Source: an uncultured Methanosarcinales archaeon (GTDB lineage Archaea > Nanobdellota > Nanobdellia > Woesearchaeales > UBA11576). Taken from it: a stretch of 64,000 nucleotides of DNA. Where the stretch lies: the NCBI GenBank assembly GCA_964406185.1, contig CAYOQS010000003.1:114459-178458 (forward strand), in the 5' to 3' direction. Shown here piece by piece: positions 27,270 to 36,817 of the stretch. A program made the position numbers and the translations under genes. The notes under the pieces are model-generated. The model did not search any database. It was not told the origin of the DNA and was given only the letters and a program-made list of their open reading frames with translations. Every line of letters starts with the position of its first letter. Within the stretch, counting starts at the first letter, position 1.

Positions 27270-27460
27270 TGTGGGGGACGGGTATATCGGCTGTGGCCGA
27301 AGAGCTTCGCCCTCCGCCAAACGCTTTCGAACCCGCGCAGGCACTAAGCCACTAGGCTTCTGAAGCTCGGGCCAAAACCCTGGAAACATGATTTCCGCTG
27401 CCTCAACCTAGCCCGTCTGGTCCACATGATGACTGTGTTTGACCACTCCGGCACCCCCAC
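27270..27460 (-). tRNA. tRNA-Leu (anticodon GAG) with three introns (D-loop about 21 nt, canonical 37/38 43 nt, T-loop/T-stem junction 42 nt)
   Basis: Acceptor GTGGGGG/CCCCCAC, A73, D region TGCCGGAGTGGTCAAA..CGG. Anticodon arm CTAGG-TTGAGG|intron|G-CCTAG has a hand-checked hBHBh' fold. Variable arm TGGCTTAGTGCC. T arm GCGGG-TTCGAAA|intron|CCCGT. Confidence 0.8.
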
Positions 27461-27502
27461 AGATCAACATGATCAGGGGAATCGCTGAAATTTAAATGGA
27501 GG

Positions 27503-28291
27503 TCATTTGATGAGCTTCACTACTTCATCACACTTCTTCTGAATAATCTCAACAGCTGTTGAGACGATGTCCTTGACGTCAAGCTGACCCCAGCTCTCAA
27601 CAGTGAAAACAAAGTCAGTGCCTGACTCGTTAAGCTTTATATGATCAGGATCGACATCTGCACAAGCGCCACATAGATGGCACCTCAGCACGTTATCCTT
27701 GTTTATCGTCAACTCCTTGTTCTTGACAGAGTAAACATCAACAGGGCATGAATCCGCAACCGCCTTCGGATTCTTGACGCCTTTCTTGATATCGATGGCG
27801 GGCTTGTACTTGTAAAAAGCCAAAGCAGGCGACCACTTTGAATGGTCCTTGCCCCTGCCAAGAACAGCAGTGGCCTCAAGCTCAAGCGTATGGCCCTTGA
27901 TCAGCTTCACCACAGGCATCTTAGGATGAACAGGGACAACTTTAGGGTCGTTGGACTTCATATCTGAAGCATAGACATAGCCCGGCCCCTTAGCCTTCAG
28001 CGTGAACATCAACTGGCATTTAGAGCAACCCTCACCCTTGCAGGTGCACTCCTCCGGAAGATTGTAAGCCTTGAGATCCGTTGAAAGAGGAACCAGTCCC
28101 AACCTGTGCGCGATTATCTCGTCATAAAGCACGGAGCTGTTCTTCCTGAACTCGACATCCTCAATAGCCATAGTAGGGACCTCATCGATGATTGTCTTCC
28201 TTAGCATATTTGCGAACGCAGGATTAGCTCCTTTGAGCAGGAATACAACCCTGTTCTGCTTCTTGTCATGATCAACCAGTTCAACTTCCAT
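27503..28291 (-). CDS. rpoD: DNA-directed RNA polymerase subunit D (Rpo3)
   Basis: Dimerisation-domain pattern, Cys clusters CTCKGEGCSKC and CPVDV..CHLCGAC; synteny after S11. Confidence 0.9.
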   Translation of the reverse strand: MEVELVDHDKKQNRVVFLLKGANPAFANMLRKTIIDEVPTMAIEDVEFRKNSSVLYDEIIAHRLGLVPLSTDLKAYNLPEECTCKGEGCSKCQLMFTLKAKGPGYVYASDMKSNDPKVVPVHPKMPVVKLIKGHTLELEATAVLGRGKDHSKWSPALAFYKYKPAIDIKKGVKNPKAVADSCPVDVYSVKNKELTINKDNVLRCHLCGACADVDPDHIKLNESGTDFVFTVESWGQLDVKDIVSTAVEIIQKKCDEVVKLIK

Positions 28292-28297
28292 TTTCGA

Positions 28298-28807
28298 TCA
28301 GACTCTCCTGCCCCGCCTGCCGCCTTTCTTCCTGCATCCGTCGTGCGGCACTGGGGTCACGTCCTGGATAACACCGATCTTCAAGCCCATCCTGGACAGG
28401 GCCCTGACTGCAGCCTGAGCCCCAGGACCGGGAGAACTCGGACCTGAATGGCCTCCAGGCGCCCTTATCTTAACATGTATACCTGAAATGCCCCTTTCAG
28501 TAGCCAGCTCAGCAGCCCTCTTGGCAGCTATCATCGCAGCTGTCGGGCTTGACTCCATGCGGTCAGCCTTCACGACCTGCCCGCCCGAAGTCCTGGCGAT
28601 AGACTCTGTACCAGTAATATCAGTGATGTGGATTATCGTATTGTTGAAAGATGAATATATGTGACAGATCCCCCAACGAAGAGGCTTCCTCTCATACCTC
28701 GGTCGGTCCCGTGACTGAGGTTTCGGAGCTCCTTTATTGAACTCTCTTTTAGGAGGTTCTTTACGTACACCTTTTGCGCTTTCCTGTCTCTGGTTCTCCT
28801 CAGCCAT
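28298..28807 (-). CDS. rps11: 30S ribosomal protein S11 (uS11) with about 40-aa basic N-terminal extension
   Basis: [19 protein letters not shown] core, C-terminal [16 protein letters not shown]. Confidence 0.9.
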   Translation of the reverse strand: MAEENQRQESAKGVRKEPPKREFNKGAPKPQSRDRPRYERKPLRWGICHIYSSFNNTIIHITDITGTESIARTSGGQVVKADRMESSPTAAMIAAKRAAELATERGISGIHVKIRAPGGHSGPSSPGPGAQAAVRALSRMGLKIGVIQDVTPVPHDGCRKKGGRRGRRV

Positions 28808-28813
28808 CTTTAT

Positions 28814-29491
28814 TCATCTTCCTTCATCTTTCTTAGGCCTGCCTTCCTTCTTGCCAGGTCCTTTCCTGGAAGTATCCTTCCTCGCATGCCCTTTCTTCAG
28901 ACCTGCCTTACCACCCTTGGACCTGGGCTTATCTTCGCCGACAACCATCTCCTTCTCCTGCTTCTCCTTAGCCAACCGGGAAGCGACCCTTTCGGGATGT
29001 TCAGGATCGTCAAGAGAAGATGTCTGCTTGAAACTGATAAGCACCTCCTCCTTAAGAGGGACAAGATATGAAGGGGATGTTATTATCCTGTCACCAACGC
29101 TTATATGCTCATGCGTGATGAACTGCCTGGCCTGCTTCACACTATTCGCAAGGTTCTTCTTATACACGATAGTCTGGAGCCTGCGCTCAAGCACGTCACG
29201 AAGAGATATGGAAAGTATAGCGTCGAGACCTGCCTCAGGAGAGAGAAGACCATACCTTCTCAGCCTGTTCAGAAGCAACTCCTTCTCCTTCTCAGCCTGG
29301 GCTCCCGGAAGAGTGACGAGCTTCTTGGCCTGCGCAGAAGCGGACCTCAAGAAGGATACCATGCGCCATATCTCTGTCTTGTTCTTGAAGCCGTACTCTG
29401 CCATGAGCTTCTTCTCCTCATCTATCCGCTCTCTCTGCCACGGATGGCCCGGAGCCGAATAATTCTTCCTATGCTTTTTTGGATCTCCCAT
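28814..29491 (-). CDS. rps4: 30S ribosomal protein S4 (uS4) with about 50-aa Lys/Gly-rich C-terminal extension
   Basis: MGDPKKHRKNYSAPGHPWQRERIDEE start, S4 RNA-binding domain, tail KGGKAGLKKGHARKDTSRKGPGKKEGRPKKDEGR. Confidence 0.9.
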   Translation of the reverse strand: MGDPKKHRKNYSAPGHPWQRERIDEEKKLMAEYGFKNKTEIWRMVSFLRSASAQAKKLVTLPGAQAEKEKELLLNRLRRYGLLSPEAGLDAILSISLRDVLERRLQTIVYKKNLANSVKQARQFITHEHISVGDRIITSPSYLVPLKEEVLISFKQTSSLDDPEHPERVASRLAKEKQEKEMVVGEDKPRSKGGKAGLKKGHARKDTSRKGPGKKEGRPKKDEGR

Positions 29492-29538
29492 CTTGAACCA
29501 TCAAACCTTATCTGATAATTGATCGTAACTGATCGCAA

Positions 29539-30051
29539 TCATTTCTTGCCGCCCTTTGCGCCGCCCTTGGCCGGCTGGGACTTCTTCCTCTGCACACCAA
29601 GCGAGGCCTTGCCTTTCTTCTTCCTGAAATTGCCTTTGGTCCTCTGACCCCTCACAGTGAGGCCTGACATGTGCCTGACACCCCTGTAAGAGCGGATCAT
29701 CTTCATGCGCTTGAGATCATTCTCTATCTGCCATCTCAGGTCAGCGCCGAGAAGATGCTTATCATCACCGGTCTCTATATCCTTCCTCCTGTTCAGCATC
29801 CACACAGGGATTCCAAACTTGGCAGGATTCTTGATGATATCATTGAGCCTCTGCACCTCTTGAGCGCTAAGCTCTCCTGTCTTCTTGGTGCTGTCGATAT
29901 TCGAGAACGTACACACAGCATTAGCGAGCATGAAATTAACACCTTTAATCTTGTTAAGAGCGTTGTATAACGGTTTCGCGCCCTCAAGATCAGTGTCAGC
30001 TACCCTGACTATATGCCTGTATCCTTTCTTGACCTGATTATCTTCTGCCAT
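29539..30051 (-). CDS. rps13: 30S ribosomal protein S13 (uS13)
   Basis: YRHIVRVADTDLEGAKPLYNALNKIKGV..RGVRHMSGLTVRGQRTK. Confidence 0.9.
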   Translation of the reverse strand: MAEDNQVKKGYRHIVRVADTDLEGAKPLYNALNKIKGVNFMLANAVCTFSNIDSTKKTGELSAQEVQRLNDIIKNPAKFGIPVWMLNRRKDIETGDDKHLLGADLRWQIENDLKRMKMIRSYRGVRHMSGLTVRGQRTKGNFRKKKGKASLGVQRKKSQPAKGGAKGGKK

Positions 30052-30248
30052 TTTATCATTAAACGCGTAAATGAATCTTTCCCGGCATCTATAGACTTAG
30101 AACGCAGTTTTTAACCAAAAAACTTGATTAAAACCCTAAACGCGCCCAAAAAGCCTTTGAACTCGGGTCATTCAATGCCAATCCGAAATTCCGGATCATA
30201 TATAAAGCTATTGGAAACTTCTGAAAACGGTGCAACGGCAAAAAAAAG

Positions 30249-30376
30249 GGCGGTAGCCGGGACTTCCAAGCGAAAACCTTGATGCTTTCCGCGATTTGAA
30301 CCCGGACTGGAAGATGACTGCACCATTTCATCAGGTCCCACAGTCTTCTGTGCTGCCAGATTACACCACTACCGCC
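30249..30376 (-). tRNA. tRNA-His (anticodon GTG) with genomically encoded G-1 and two introns (37/38, 22 nt; T-loop/T-stem junction, 32 nt)
   Basis: G(-1)-GCGGTAG..CTACCGC-C. Anticodon arm GAAGA-CTGTGG|intron|A-TCTTC has a canonical hBHBh' fold worked out by hand. T arm CCGGG-TTCAAAT|32 nt|CCCGG. T8 run downstream and TTTATAA box upstream. Confidence 0.85.
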
Positions 30377-30512
30377 ATATGACCGGTTAAATGGTGCAGA
30401 GACATTCTCTTATAAAGGTTTTGCTTGACTTCCAAGCTTTTTCCATAAAATAAAGTTACATATATGTAATAAAAAAGTATAAAGGAACCAACGGAAGAAT
30501 CACGTAAAAAGG

Positions 30513-31055
30513 TCATGCAGAGCCTTCCAACCTCTTCTGCCTGCTCTCCCAGACGAGATCGCGAACCTTGTAGATAACATACGGAGCGCTGAAGCTCACA
30601 AGGTAGACAATACTCAAAATCCAGGGGTTATGAGGGTTGGGATTATTTATAACATCATTGAAACGGTTGGAAACCGTAGTCATGAAAAAAACGATCACCA
30701 ACGCAATAGCCGGAGTGAAAATTCCTGCAGCGATATGATGCCGCTGGTCCACATGCTCAATATCCTTAAGGATAACATGGAAAAGGTAACCGAAAACAAA
30801 ACCAACGATGCCAAGGATGACATACAACTGAACAGAATTCAGGATCATAAGAAAAGGCAGAAGAGCCACGGTCAGTATGAAATTTCCGATGATAGCAACG
30901 AAAAGACCGACCCAGTAAATCATAGGATGCGTGGACGCGACATAATGAGCATGCTTCTCCCTCTTCTCGTCGGAATAAAGAAGATGCATAGTCTTCGCTA
31001 TCTCATCCTCTGTCCACCCCTTTTCCAGCAACCTGTGCTTCAGACTCTTCGGCAT
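30513..31055 (-). CDS. membrane protein (4 TM) with N-terminal LLEKGWTEDEI helical motif
   Basis: Hydrophobic segments. The N-terminal motif recurs in the cytoplasmic tail of the 61330-62850 product. Confidence 0.5.
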   Translation of the reverse strand: MPKSLKHRLLEKGWTEDEIAKTMHLLYSDEKREKHAHYVASTHPMIYWVGLFVAIIGNFILTVALLPFLMILNSVQLYVILGIVGFVFGYLFHVILKDIEHVDQRHHIAAGIFTPAIALVIVFFMTTVSNRFNDVINNPNPHNPWILSIVYLVSFSAPYVIYKVRDLVWESRQKRLEGSA

Positions 31056-31129
31056 AGGATCGCAGAAGAGAAGAGCATTAATAAAGGTTTCTCAGGATCT
31101 GCCGGACAAGTTCACAAGAATGAACGCTT

Positions 31130-31591
31130 TCACTCACTCTCAGGCTCTATCATCCCCTGGACATGCGCGAAGAATTCCTTGGTACGCTTGAAATAATCAG
31201 TGATGTTATCGATATCGATCTTGATGACCTCCTCATCCACCACCACAGTCATGGTCACGTGACGCCTGAACTCACACGCACGGGTGAAGTCCGCCTTGCT
31301 TATCTTCCTGAAACGCATGAAAAGGTCAGCGAATTCCGGCAGAAACTCGTCATCAGGATAGATCTCCTTGATCAGGTTAGCCTTAGGTATAGGAGCTGTA
31401 GGCAGCTCATCGAGCTCGCCCTTCTCCTTGAGATGCTCAAGAACCGCTGTGAAAGTGAAATCGACAGCATTGATGAGACGGTCGATGATGTGCTTGAGCA
31501 CATCACAGGTACGAGTATACTTCAGACTCACGAAAATAAGATGGTCTGCCCTCTTAAGCTCCTCATTCGCCTCGTCCAGGTAATCATTCAT
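31130..31591 (-). CDS. hypothetical helical protein, tandem paralog 2
   Basis: Shares EFRRHVTMTVVVDEEVIKIDIDNITDYFKRTKEFF with the upstream paralog's EFARKDKFVICDDDYACDVVSVEDMKNYLFKARLF. Confidence 0.5.
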   Translation of the reverse strand: MNDYLDEANEELKRADHLIFVSLKYTRTCDVLKHIIDRLINAVDFTFTAVLEHLKEKGELDELPTAPIPKANLIKEIYPDDEFLPEFADLFMRFRKISKADFTRACEFRRHVTMTVVVDEEVIKIDIDNITDYFKRTKEFFAHVQGMIEPESE

Positions 31592-32046
31592 CTTGCTATC
31601 TCCCTGCTGCCAAACTCCGCCTCTGCCTTCTCAACAAAGAGACGCGCCTTAAATAAATAGTTTTTCATATCCTCAACAGATACCACATCACATGCATAAT
31701 CATCATCACATATAACAAACTTGTCCTTCCTGGCAAACTCGACAGGGCTCTCCTCATGCTCCCTGATGATATCCTGTAACCTGTCAAGCAGACCCACATC
31801 CTCTTCAGTGAAGCCCAGACCCGCAGCTTCACGCCTGAAACGTTCGATCCCGTCCGCACCATCACGGCCCACAAGCGCAAAAACACTGCTCAAAAGTGCA
31901 GTAAACAGGTCCTCAGAGACAGCCAGAATCAGCTTAGGATCCTCGACAAGAGGATATGTGCTGTTCAGCATGTGCTCAGCAACATCCAAGCTCCTCCTCG
32001 CCCGGCGCATACTGTCCTGAGAGTCCATCACCTTTATCAAATGCAT
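31588..32046 (-). CDS. hypothetical helical protein, tandem paralog 1
   Basis: 4-nt overlap with paralog 2 and the same architecture. Confidence 0.5.
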   Translation of the reverse strand: MHLIKVMDSQDSMRRARRSLDVAEHMLNSTYPLVEDPKLILAVSEDLFTALLSSVFALVGRDGADGIERFRREAAGLGFTEEDVGLLDRLQDIIREHEESPVEFARKDKFVICDDDYACDVVSVEDMKNYLFKARLFVEKAEAEFGSREIAR

Positions 32047-32061
32047 ATAATATAAATAGAT

Positions 32062-32400
32062 TTAGTTTTGAAGAGACATAATCGCAGCGGCAAGGTCTCC
32101 ATCATTCTCATCTATGGCCTTCCTGGCATCTTCTTCAGACACCCCTGCCTGATCCATGACAGTCTTAACATCCTCCTCGCTTATCTCCGGCCCTGAAGAG
32201 AGAGGTCGCTCGTGAATATCGCCAGTCACCTGAATGGTATCCTGCCCCATCATATTCACCTTTGCGACCTGAGGATCTGTTATGACAAGTTCGCTGTCAG
32301 GAGTGCGGATAATCACTTCGGTAGCAGGGATATCCACCTGCTGAATACCCATCCTCTTCATCATCTGCTGCATCTTCCGAGGATTCATACCAGGCATCAT
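32062..32400 (-). CDS. nac: nascent polypeptide-associated complex protein (NAC alpha-type, with UBA domain)
   Basis: MNPRKMQQMMKRMGI start, NAC beta-barrel region, C-terminal UBA-like EEDARKAIDENDGDLAAAIMSL. Confidence 0.85.
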   Translation of the reverse strand: MMPGMNPRKMQQMMKRMGIQQVDIPATEVIIRTPDSELVITDPQVAKVNMMGQDTIQVTGDIHERPLSSGPEISEEDVKTVMDQAGVSEEDARKAIDENDGDLAAAIMSLQN

Positions 32401-32576
32401 TTTAGACCGAGCAGGGCATAACCCTGGATGTGGAGAAATATAACAAGAATCATGACGATAGCAGAAAGTATGACAACATGACCCGGCTTGAGCTCAACAT
32501 TAGAAGTGTAATCATCAAAATACCTTGTCAGACCGCCCATACCAGACGGAAGATTGACCTTGTTCTGCCTTGCCAT
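32397..32576 (-). CDS. preprotein translocase subunit Sec61-beta (archaeal SecG), 59 aa
   Basis: MARQNKVNLPSGMGGLTRYFDD plus a C-terminal TM helix. ATG 32576 lies 27 nt from the TATA at 32602-32610 (minus strand). Confidence 0.7.
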   Translation of the reverse strand: MARQNKVNLPSGMGGLTRYFDDYTSNVELKPGHVVILSAIVMILVIFLHIQGYALLGLK

Positions 32577-32636
32577 ATTAGAAGTTGGGAGAAATGAGGA
32601 ATATATAAAGGTTGTGGGAGAGCAAAAGGGATAATC

Positions 32637-32644
32637 TTTTAAAT
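32637..32644 (+). promoter_or_regulatory. TATA box for RNase P RNA
   Basis: TTTTAAAT lies about 27 nt before the P1 helix start. Confidence 0.55.
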
Positions 32645-32667
32645 GACAGGAAAGAGAGAAAGTGTTG

Positions 32668-32996
32668 TAGGACTGCAATTTGACAATTGGAAACCCGGCC
32701 TTGGCCGTGTTGCTAAGGAAAGTCCGCCCACTTATGTGGCCACTCACGGAAGTGAGGCAGGGAAACCTGCGGCAACAGCTCAGAAACGAAACCCCCTCAT
32801 GGGAGGATGATGGACGCGAAGTCCCGGGCGACCGGGACGAGATAACCTCCGGACGTTCCTTGAGGAAAGGATTAAACGGCTAGCCCTGGCCTGTGCAAGT
32901 CTTTACGACGCTAAGTATAATGTCAAAACAGACCATCGCACTCGAGCTTGACTCTTGTGTTCGGGTCTGACAGAAGGCGGCTTACTGCAGTCCGAC
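32668..32996 (+). ncRNA. rnpB: RNase P RNA (archaeal type A-like)
   Basis: P1 GGACTGCA (32670-32677) pairs with TGCAGTCC (32986-32993). CR-I GGAAAGTCCGCCCAC and CR-V ACAGAAGGCGGCTTAC. T-run follows. Confidence 0.85.
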
Positions 32997-33000
32997 GCTT

Positions 33001-33012
33001 TCTTTTTGTTTT
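33001..33012 (+). terminator. oligo-T signal after RNase P RNA
   Basis: TCTTTTTGTTTT. Confidence 0.5.
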
Positions 33013-33202
33013 AGGGCATATAACATTAATCTAGACAAAGAACCAATAATATGATCAGCCTTCACCAAGGAAAAAATGGCATGATTTTCTGGGAACTAAG
33101 CGCGTGTTAGAAGCGAGGCAAAGTTCGTGCAGGGAGCAGAAAGGATTTTACATATCTTTGAATAGTCTGAGTATATTGAATGCTTAGACACACTTCAAAC
33201 TG

Positions 33203-34330
33203 TCACTTCTCCCTCTCGAAGACGAGGATGGAGAACTCCTCCTTGCCCTGCATCACAAGGAACTTGCCTTTCAGCGAGAAGTTATGGCGCTGGGCGTGCT
33301 TCAGGATCTGCGAATAGTTCTTGGTGAGAAGGACGATTCGGCCATCAGGCTTCAATATGAAGTCAGCAGTATAGAACAGTTCCTGGAACTGCTTCTCGAT
33401 ACCCTTCTCTGTAAGGAGGCGAGAGACCTTCGGCGGATTGGAGACTATGCGATCAACAGAATGCTTCTCGAACTTCGTGTCAAGCCACTCCACATCCATC
33501 CGGGTAAAGTTGACCTGCTTGTTAACGCCGGCGATCTTCGCGTTCTTCTCTGCAGAACGGACGTGCCGGTGCTGGGAATCAGAAGCGATGACCCCCTTCA
33601 GCTCCTTGTCAAAACTGTCGTGCTTAGCGAAAAAAGCATCAAAATCAAAATCCTTCATCTGAGGGAAATCAAGGAAAGCGAAACGATCCTTGTTGTAGAA
33701 ATTAACAGGCTTGCCGGTCGCATAGAAAGCTGCCTCGACAGCAACAGTGCCTGAATGCGCGAAAGGATCCAGCATCGTCATGCCTTTCTTATATCCTGCG
33801 AGACGGACGAGAGAGTAGGCGACAGTCGCCTTTATGCTGTCAGCCAGGGCAAAAACGCGGTAGTTGCGCTTGCTCAGGTCAAAACCGGCAAAGTCAATCC
33901 CGAAATAGAACATGTTGCCCAGGACATAGACGAAGAAAGGTACGTCAGCATCCTCAAGGTCAACCTTGGCGCCGTACTTCTCATGGATCACCTCGCCGAC
34001 AAGACGCTCGGACTCCATAGTATCAACATCATCATTATCAACAATCCTGCTCCGAACCGCGAAAGAGCAGCCCTTGAGCCAGGCAGACAGGTCCAGCTTC
34101 TTCACCTCGGGAAGGACATCCTCTATCCTGCTGAGTTCGCACGACACCAAAAGATGCACCACCTTGATCGCCGACTGTGAACGGTAACAAAGAGTGCAAA
34201 GATCCTCAATCCCATCAGCGTCGAACAATGCGACAGAACGTTCAAGCTCACAATCCTTCCTGATGACTTCCTTGACCTCTTTTGCAGAGACTGCCTCAAG
34301 ACCAGGGTGAGTAATTATCGCTCCTCTCAT
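33203..34330 (-). CDS. THUMP-domain RNA methyltransferase (Trm14/TrmN or RlmL-like, N2-G type)
   Basis: N-terminal THUMP-like region, SAM fold DPFAHSGTVAVEAA, catalytic IVSNPP. Confidence 0.7.
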   Translation of the reverse strand: MRGAIITHPGLEAVSAKEVKEVIRKDCELERSVALFDADGIEDLCTLCYRSQSAIKVVHLLVSCELSRIEDVLPEVKKLDLSAWLKGCSFAVRSRIVDNDDVDTMESERLVGEVIHEKYGAKVDLEDADVPFFVYVLGNMFYFGIDFAGFDLSKRNYRVFALADSIKATVAYSLVRLAGYKKGMTMLDPFAHSGTVAVEAAFYATGKPVNFYNKDRFAFLDFPQMKDFDFDAFFAKHDSFDKELKGVIASDSQHRHVRSAEKNAKIAGVNKQVNFTRMDVEWLDTKFEKHSVDRIVSNPPKVSRLLTEKGIEKQFQELFYTADFILKPDGRIVLLTKNYSQILKHAQRHNFSLKGKFLVMQGKEEFSILVFEREK

Positions 34331-34336
34331 TTTGAC

Positions 34337-36817
34337 TCAGTCTTCACTCGCCAGCTTAGCAGCGTCCATCAGCCTGTCACCCTGCCCCAGCCTCATTATG
34401 CGCACGCCCTGCGTGACCCTGCCGATGACAGATATCTGCTTGACAGAAGTCCTTATGATTATCCCCTGATGCGATATGAGCATCACCTCATCGTCGTCAG
34501 TCACTGTCCTGACAGCAACGACCCTGCCGTTCCGCTCAGAACAGATGATGTTCTTCACACCTACACCGCCCCGCCTGATAAGCCGATACTCAGAGATGTC
34601 CGTCCTCTTACCGTAACCATTCTCGGTCACGGTCAGCAATGTCTTCTCCTCATCAGATATCACCATCCCGATGACAGAATCTACCCCCTTGAGAGTCACT
34701 CCCCTGACTCCCGCGGCAGTACGGCCCATAGGCCTGATATCCTGCTCAGAGAAACGCACAGCCATACCATCCCTTGTAGCTATGATGATGTTCTGCCTGC
34801 CGTCAGTGAGAGCAACCTCCACAAGCTCATCACCAGCCCTTATGTTTATAGCTGCGATACCTCCCCTCCTCGGCCTTGAAAACGCCTCCAGAGAAGTCTT
34901 CTTTACCAAGCCATTCTTAGTGCACATCACTATGTAATGCTGGTCATCGAACTGCGTAACAGATACAAATGTCTTCAGAGACTCGTCCTTCTTGAGCCTT
35001 AGAAGGTTCACTATGGCCTTGCCCTTGGACTGGCGAGACCCCTCAGGGATCTCATAAACCTTCAGCCAATGCACCCTGCCCTTATCTGTAAAGAAAAGCA
35101 CATCAGAATGGGTCGAGGCTATGAAAAGATGCTCAACAAAATCCTCATCTTTCGTCGACGCGCCGATGACACCCCTGCCTCCACGTGCCTGCTTACGATA
35201 AGTGTCTGCAGGAAGGCGCTTGATATAACCCGCGTGAGTTATAGTCACGACCATATCCTCCTCCTCGATAAGGTCCTGCACAGACAATTCCTCCTCGATA
35301 GCAGCACCGATCTCAGTCCTCCTGGAGTCACCATACCTGTCCTTCATCTCAGAAAGCTCAGCCTTGATTATGTCAAGTATCCTCTGCTCAGAACCGAGTA
35401 TATCCTTCAGCTCTGCGATAAGCTCAAGCAGAGACTTATGCTCCTCCCGTATCTTCTCCTGCTCCAAAGAGGCAAGCTTCTGCAGGCGCATGTCAAGAAT
35501 AGCCTTAGCCTGCACTTCGGTAAGTGAATAATCAGACACCAATATGGAACGCGCGGTCACGACATCCTTAGACTGCTTGATCTTCTGCACCACGTTATCA
35601 ATATCATCCAAAGCCTTGATCAGACCCTCAATTATGTGGGCGCGATCCTCAGCCTTCTTCAGGTCGAACTGCGTCCTCCTGCGGACTACCTCCCGCCTGT
35701 GGTCCACAAAGCACCTAATCAATTCAGGAAGGTTGAGAAGCTTAGGCTCATTCTTCACAAGCGCAAGGAATATTATGCCGAAAGTGGACTCCATCCTGGT
35801 GTGCTTGTAAAGCTGGTTGAGAACTATCTCAGGAGTAGCCTCTGACTTAAGCTCGATCACGACACGCATCCCCTTCTTGTCAGACTCGTCCCTGATATCA
35901 TGGATGCCTGTTATGCTCTTGCTCCTCACCAGATCGGCTATCTGCTCTATAAGAGCTGCTTTATTCACCTGGTAAGGGATCTCTGTTATTATTATCGCAT
36001 CCCTCTTCTTGACAGTATCAAAATCAGCACGCGCCCTGATCTTCAGCTTTCCCCGGCCTGTCCGGTAAGCCTCACGTATCCCTGCGGAACCGCAGATGAT
36101 CCCTGCAGTAGGGAAGTCAGGACCCTTTATGTGCTGCATCAACTCATCAGCGGAGATATCAGGATTGTCGATGAAAGCGACCGTGCCGTCGATAACCTCA
36201 TCCATGTTATGCGGCGGGATGTTGGTGGCCATGCCTACAGCTATGCCTGAGCTGCCGTTCACCAGAAGGTTAGGTATCTTGCACGGCAGGACGACTGGCT
36301 CCTCAAGCTCACCATCGAAGTTCGGCTGGAAATCAACAGTCTCCTTATTTATGTCCTCAAGTATCTCCTCTGAAACCTTAGAGAGACGGGCCTCAGTATA
36401 TCTCATGGCGGCAGCAGAATCACCGTCGACAGAACCGAAATTGCCCTGACCCTGTATCAGAGGGTAGCGCAAAGAGAAGTCCTGCGCCATCCTGACCATG
36501 GTATCATAAGCAGCAGAGTCGCCGTGAGGGTGGTACTTACCCAGAACTTCACCGACGATCCTCGCTGACTTCTTGAACGGCTTGTTCGAGAACATCCCAA
36601 GCTCGTTCATCGCAAAAAGAACCCTTCGGTGGACAGGCTTGAAGCCGTCACGCACGTCAGGCAGGGCACGGCCGACGATCACAGACATAGAATAATCAAG
36701 ATAAGACCTCTTGATCTCGTCCTCCACAACAGTGGGAACAATGCTTTCCGCGACAGTCTTCTTCATGTCTTCACTGGGAGCTTCTGCTGATTTTCCTTCT
36801 GTCATTTTCGTATCCAA
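34337..36817 (-). CDS. gyrA: DNA gyrase subunit A
   Basis: [11 protein letters not shown] active-site Tyr block, GKYHPHGD, C-terminal beta-pinwheel repeats. No gyrB adjacent. Confidence 0.9.
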   Translation of the reverse strand: MDTKMTEGKSAEAPSEDMKKTVAESIVPTVVEDEIKRSYLDYSMSVIVGRALPDVRDGFKPVHRRVLFAMNELGMFSNKPFKKSARIVGEVLGKYHPHGDSAAYDTMVRMAQDFSLRYPLIQGQGNFGSVDGDSAAAMRYTEARLSKVSEEILEDINKETVDFQPNFDGELEEPVVLPCKIPNLLVNGSSGIAVGMATNIPPHNMDEVIDGTVAFIDNPDISADELMQHIKGPDFPTAGIICGSAGIREAYRTGRGKLKIRARADFDTVKKRDAIIITEIPYQVNKAALIEQIADLVRSKSITGIHDIRDESDKKGMRVVIELKSEATPEIVLNQLYKHTRMESTFGIIFLALVKNEPKLLNLPELIRCFVDHRREVVRRRTQFDLKKAEDRAHIIEGLIKALDDIDNVVQKIKQSKDVVTARSILVSDYSLTEVQAKAILDMRLQKLASLEQEKIREEHKSLLELIAELKDILGSEQRILDIIKAELSEMKDRYGDSRRTEIGAAIEEELSVQDLIEEEDMVVTITHAGYIKRLPADTYRKQARGGRGVIGASTKDEDFVEHLFIASTHSDVLFFTDKGRVHWLKVYEIPEGSRQSKGKAIVNLLRLKKDESLKTFVSVTQFDDQHYIVMCTKNGLVKKTSLEAFSRPRRGGIAAINIRAGDELVEVALTDGRQNIIIATRDGMAVRFSEQDIRPMGRTAAGVRGVTLKGVDSVIGMVISDEEKTLLTVTENGYGKRTDISEYRLIRRGGVGVKNIICSERNGRVVAVRTVTDDDEVMLISHQGIIIRTSVKQISVIGRVTQGVRIMRLGQGDRLMDAAKLASED

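Noticed and set aside
30128-30331. 67-aa minus-strand ORF
   Set aside because: It overlaps the tRNA-His gene.
30318-30399. 11-nt perfect inverted repeat between the region upstream of tRNA-His (AAATGGTGCAG, 30389-30399) and its anticodon intron (CTGCACCATTT, 30318-30328), reminiscent of split-tRNA leader pairing
   Set aside because: The TATA box (30410-30416) predicts transcription starting near 30387, which leaves most of the upstream copy untranscribed. The pairing would also compete with the well-formed canonical BHB. Kept only as a curiosity.
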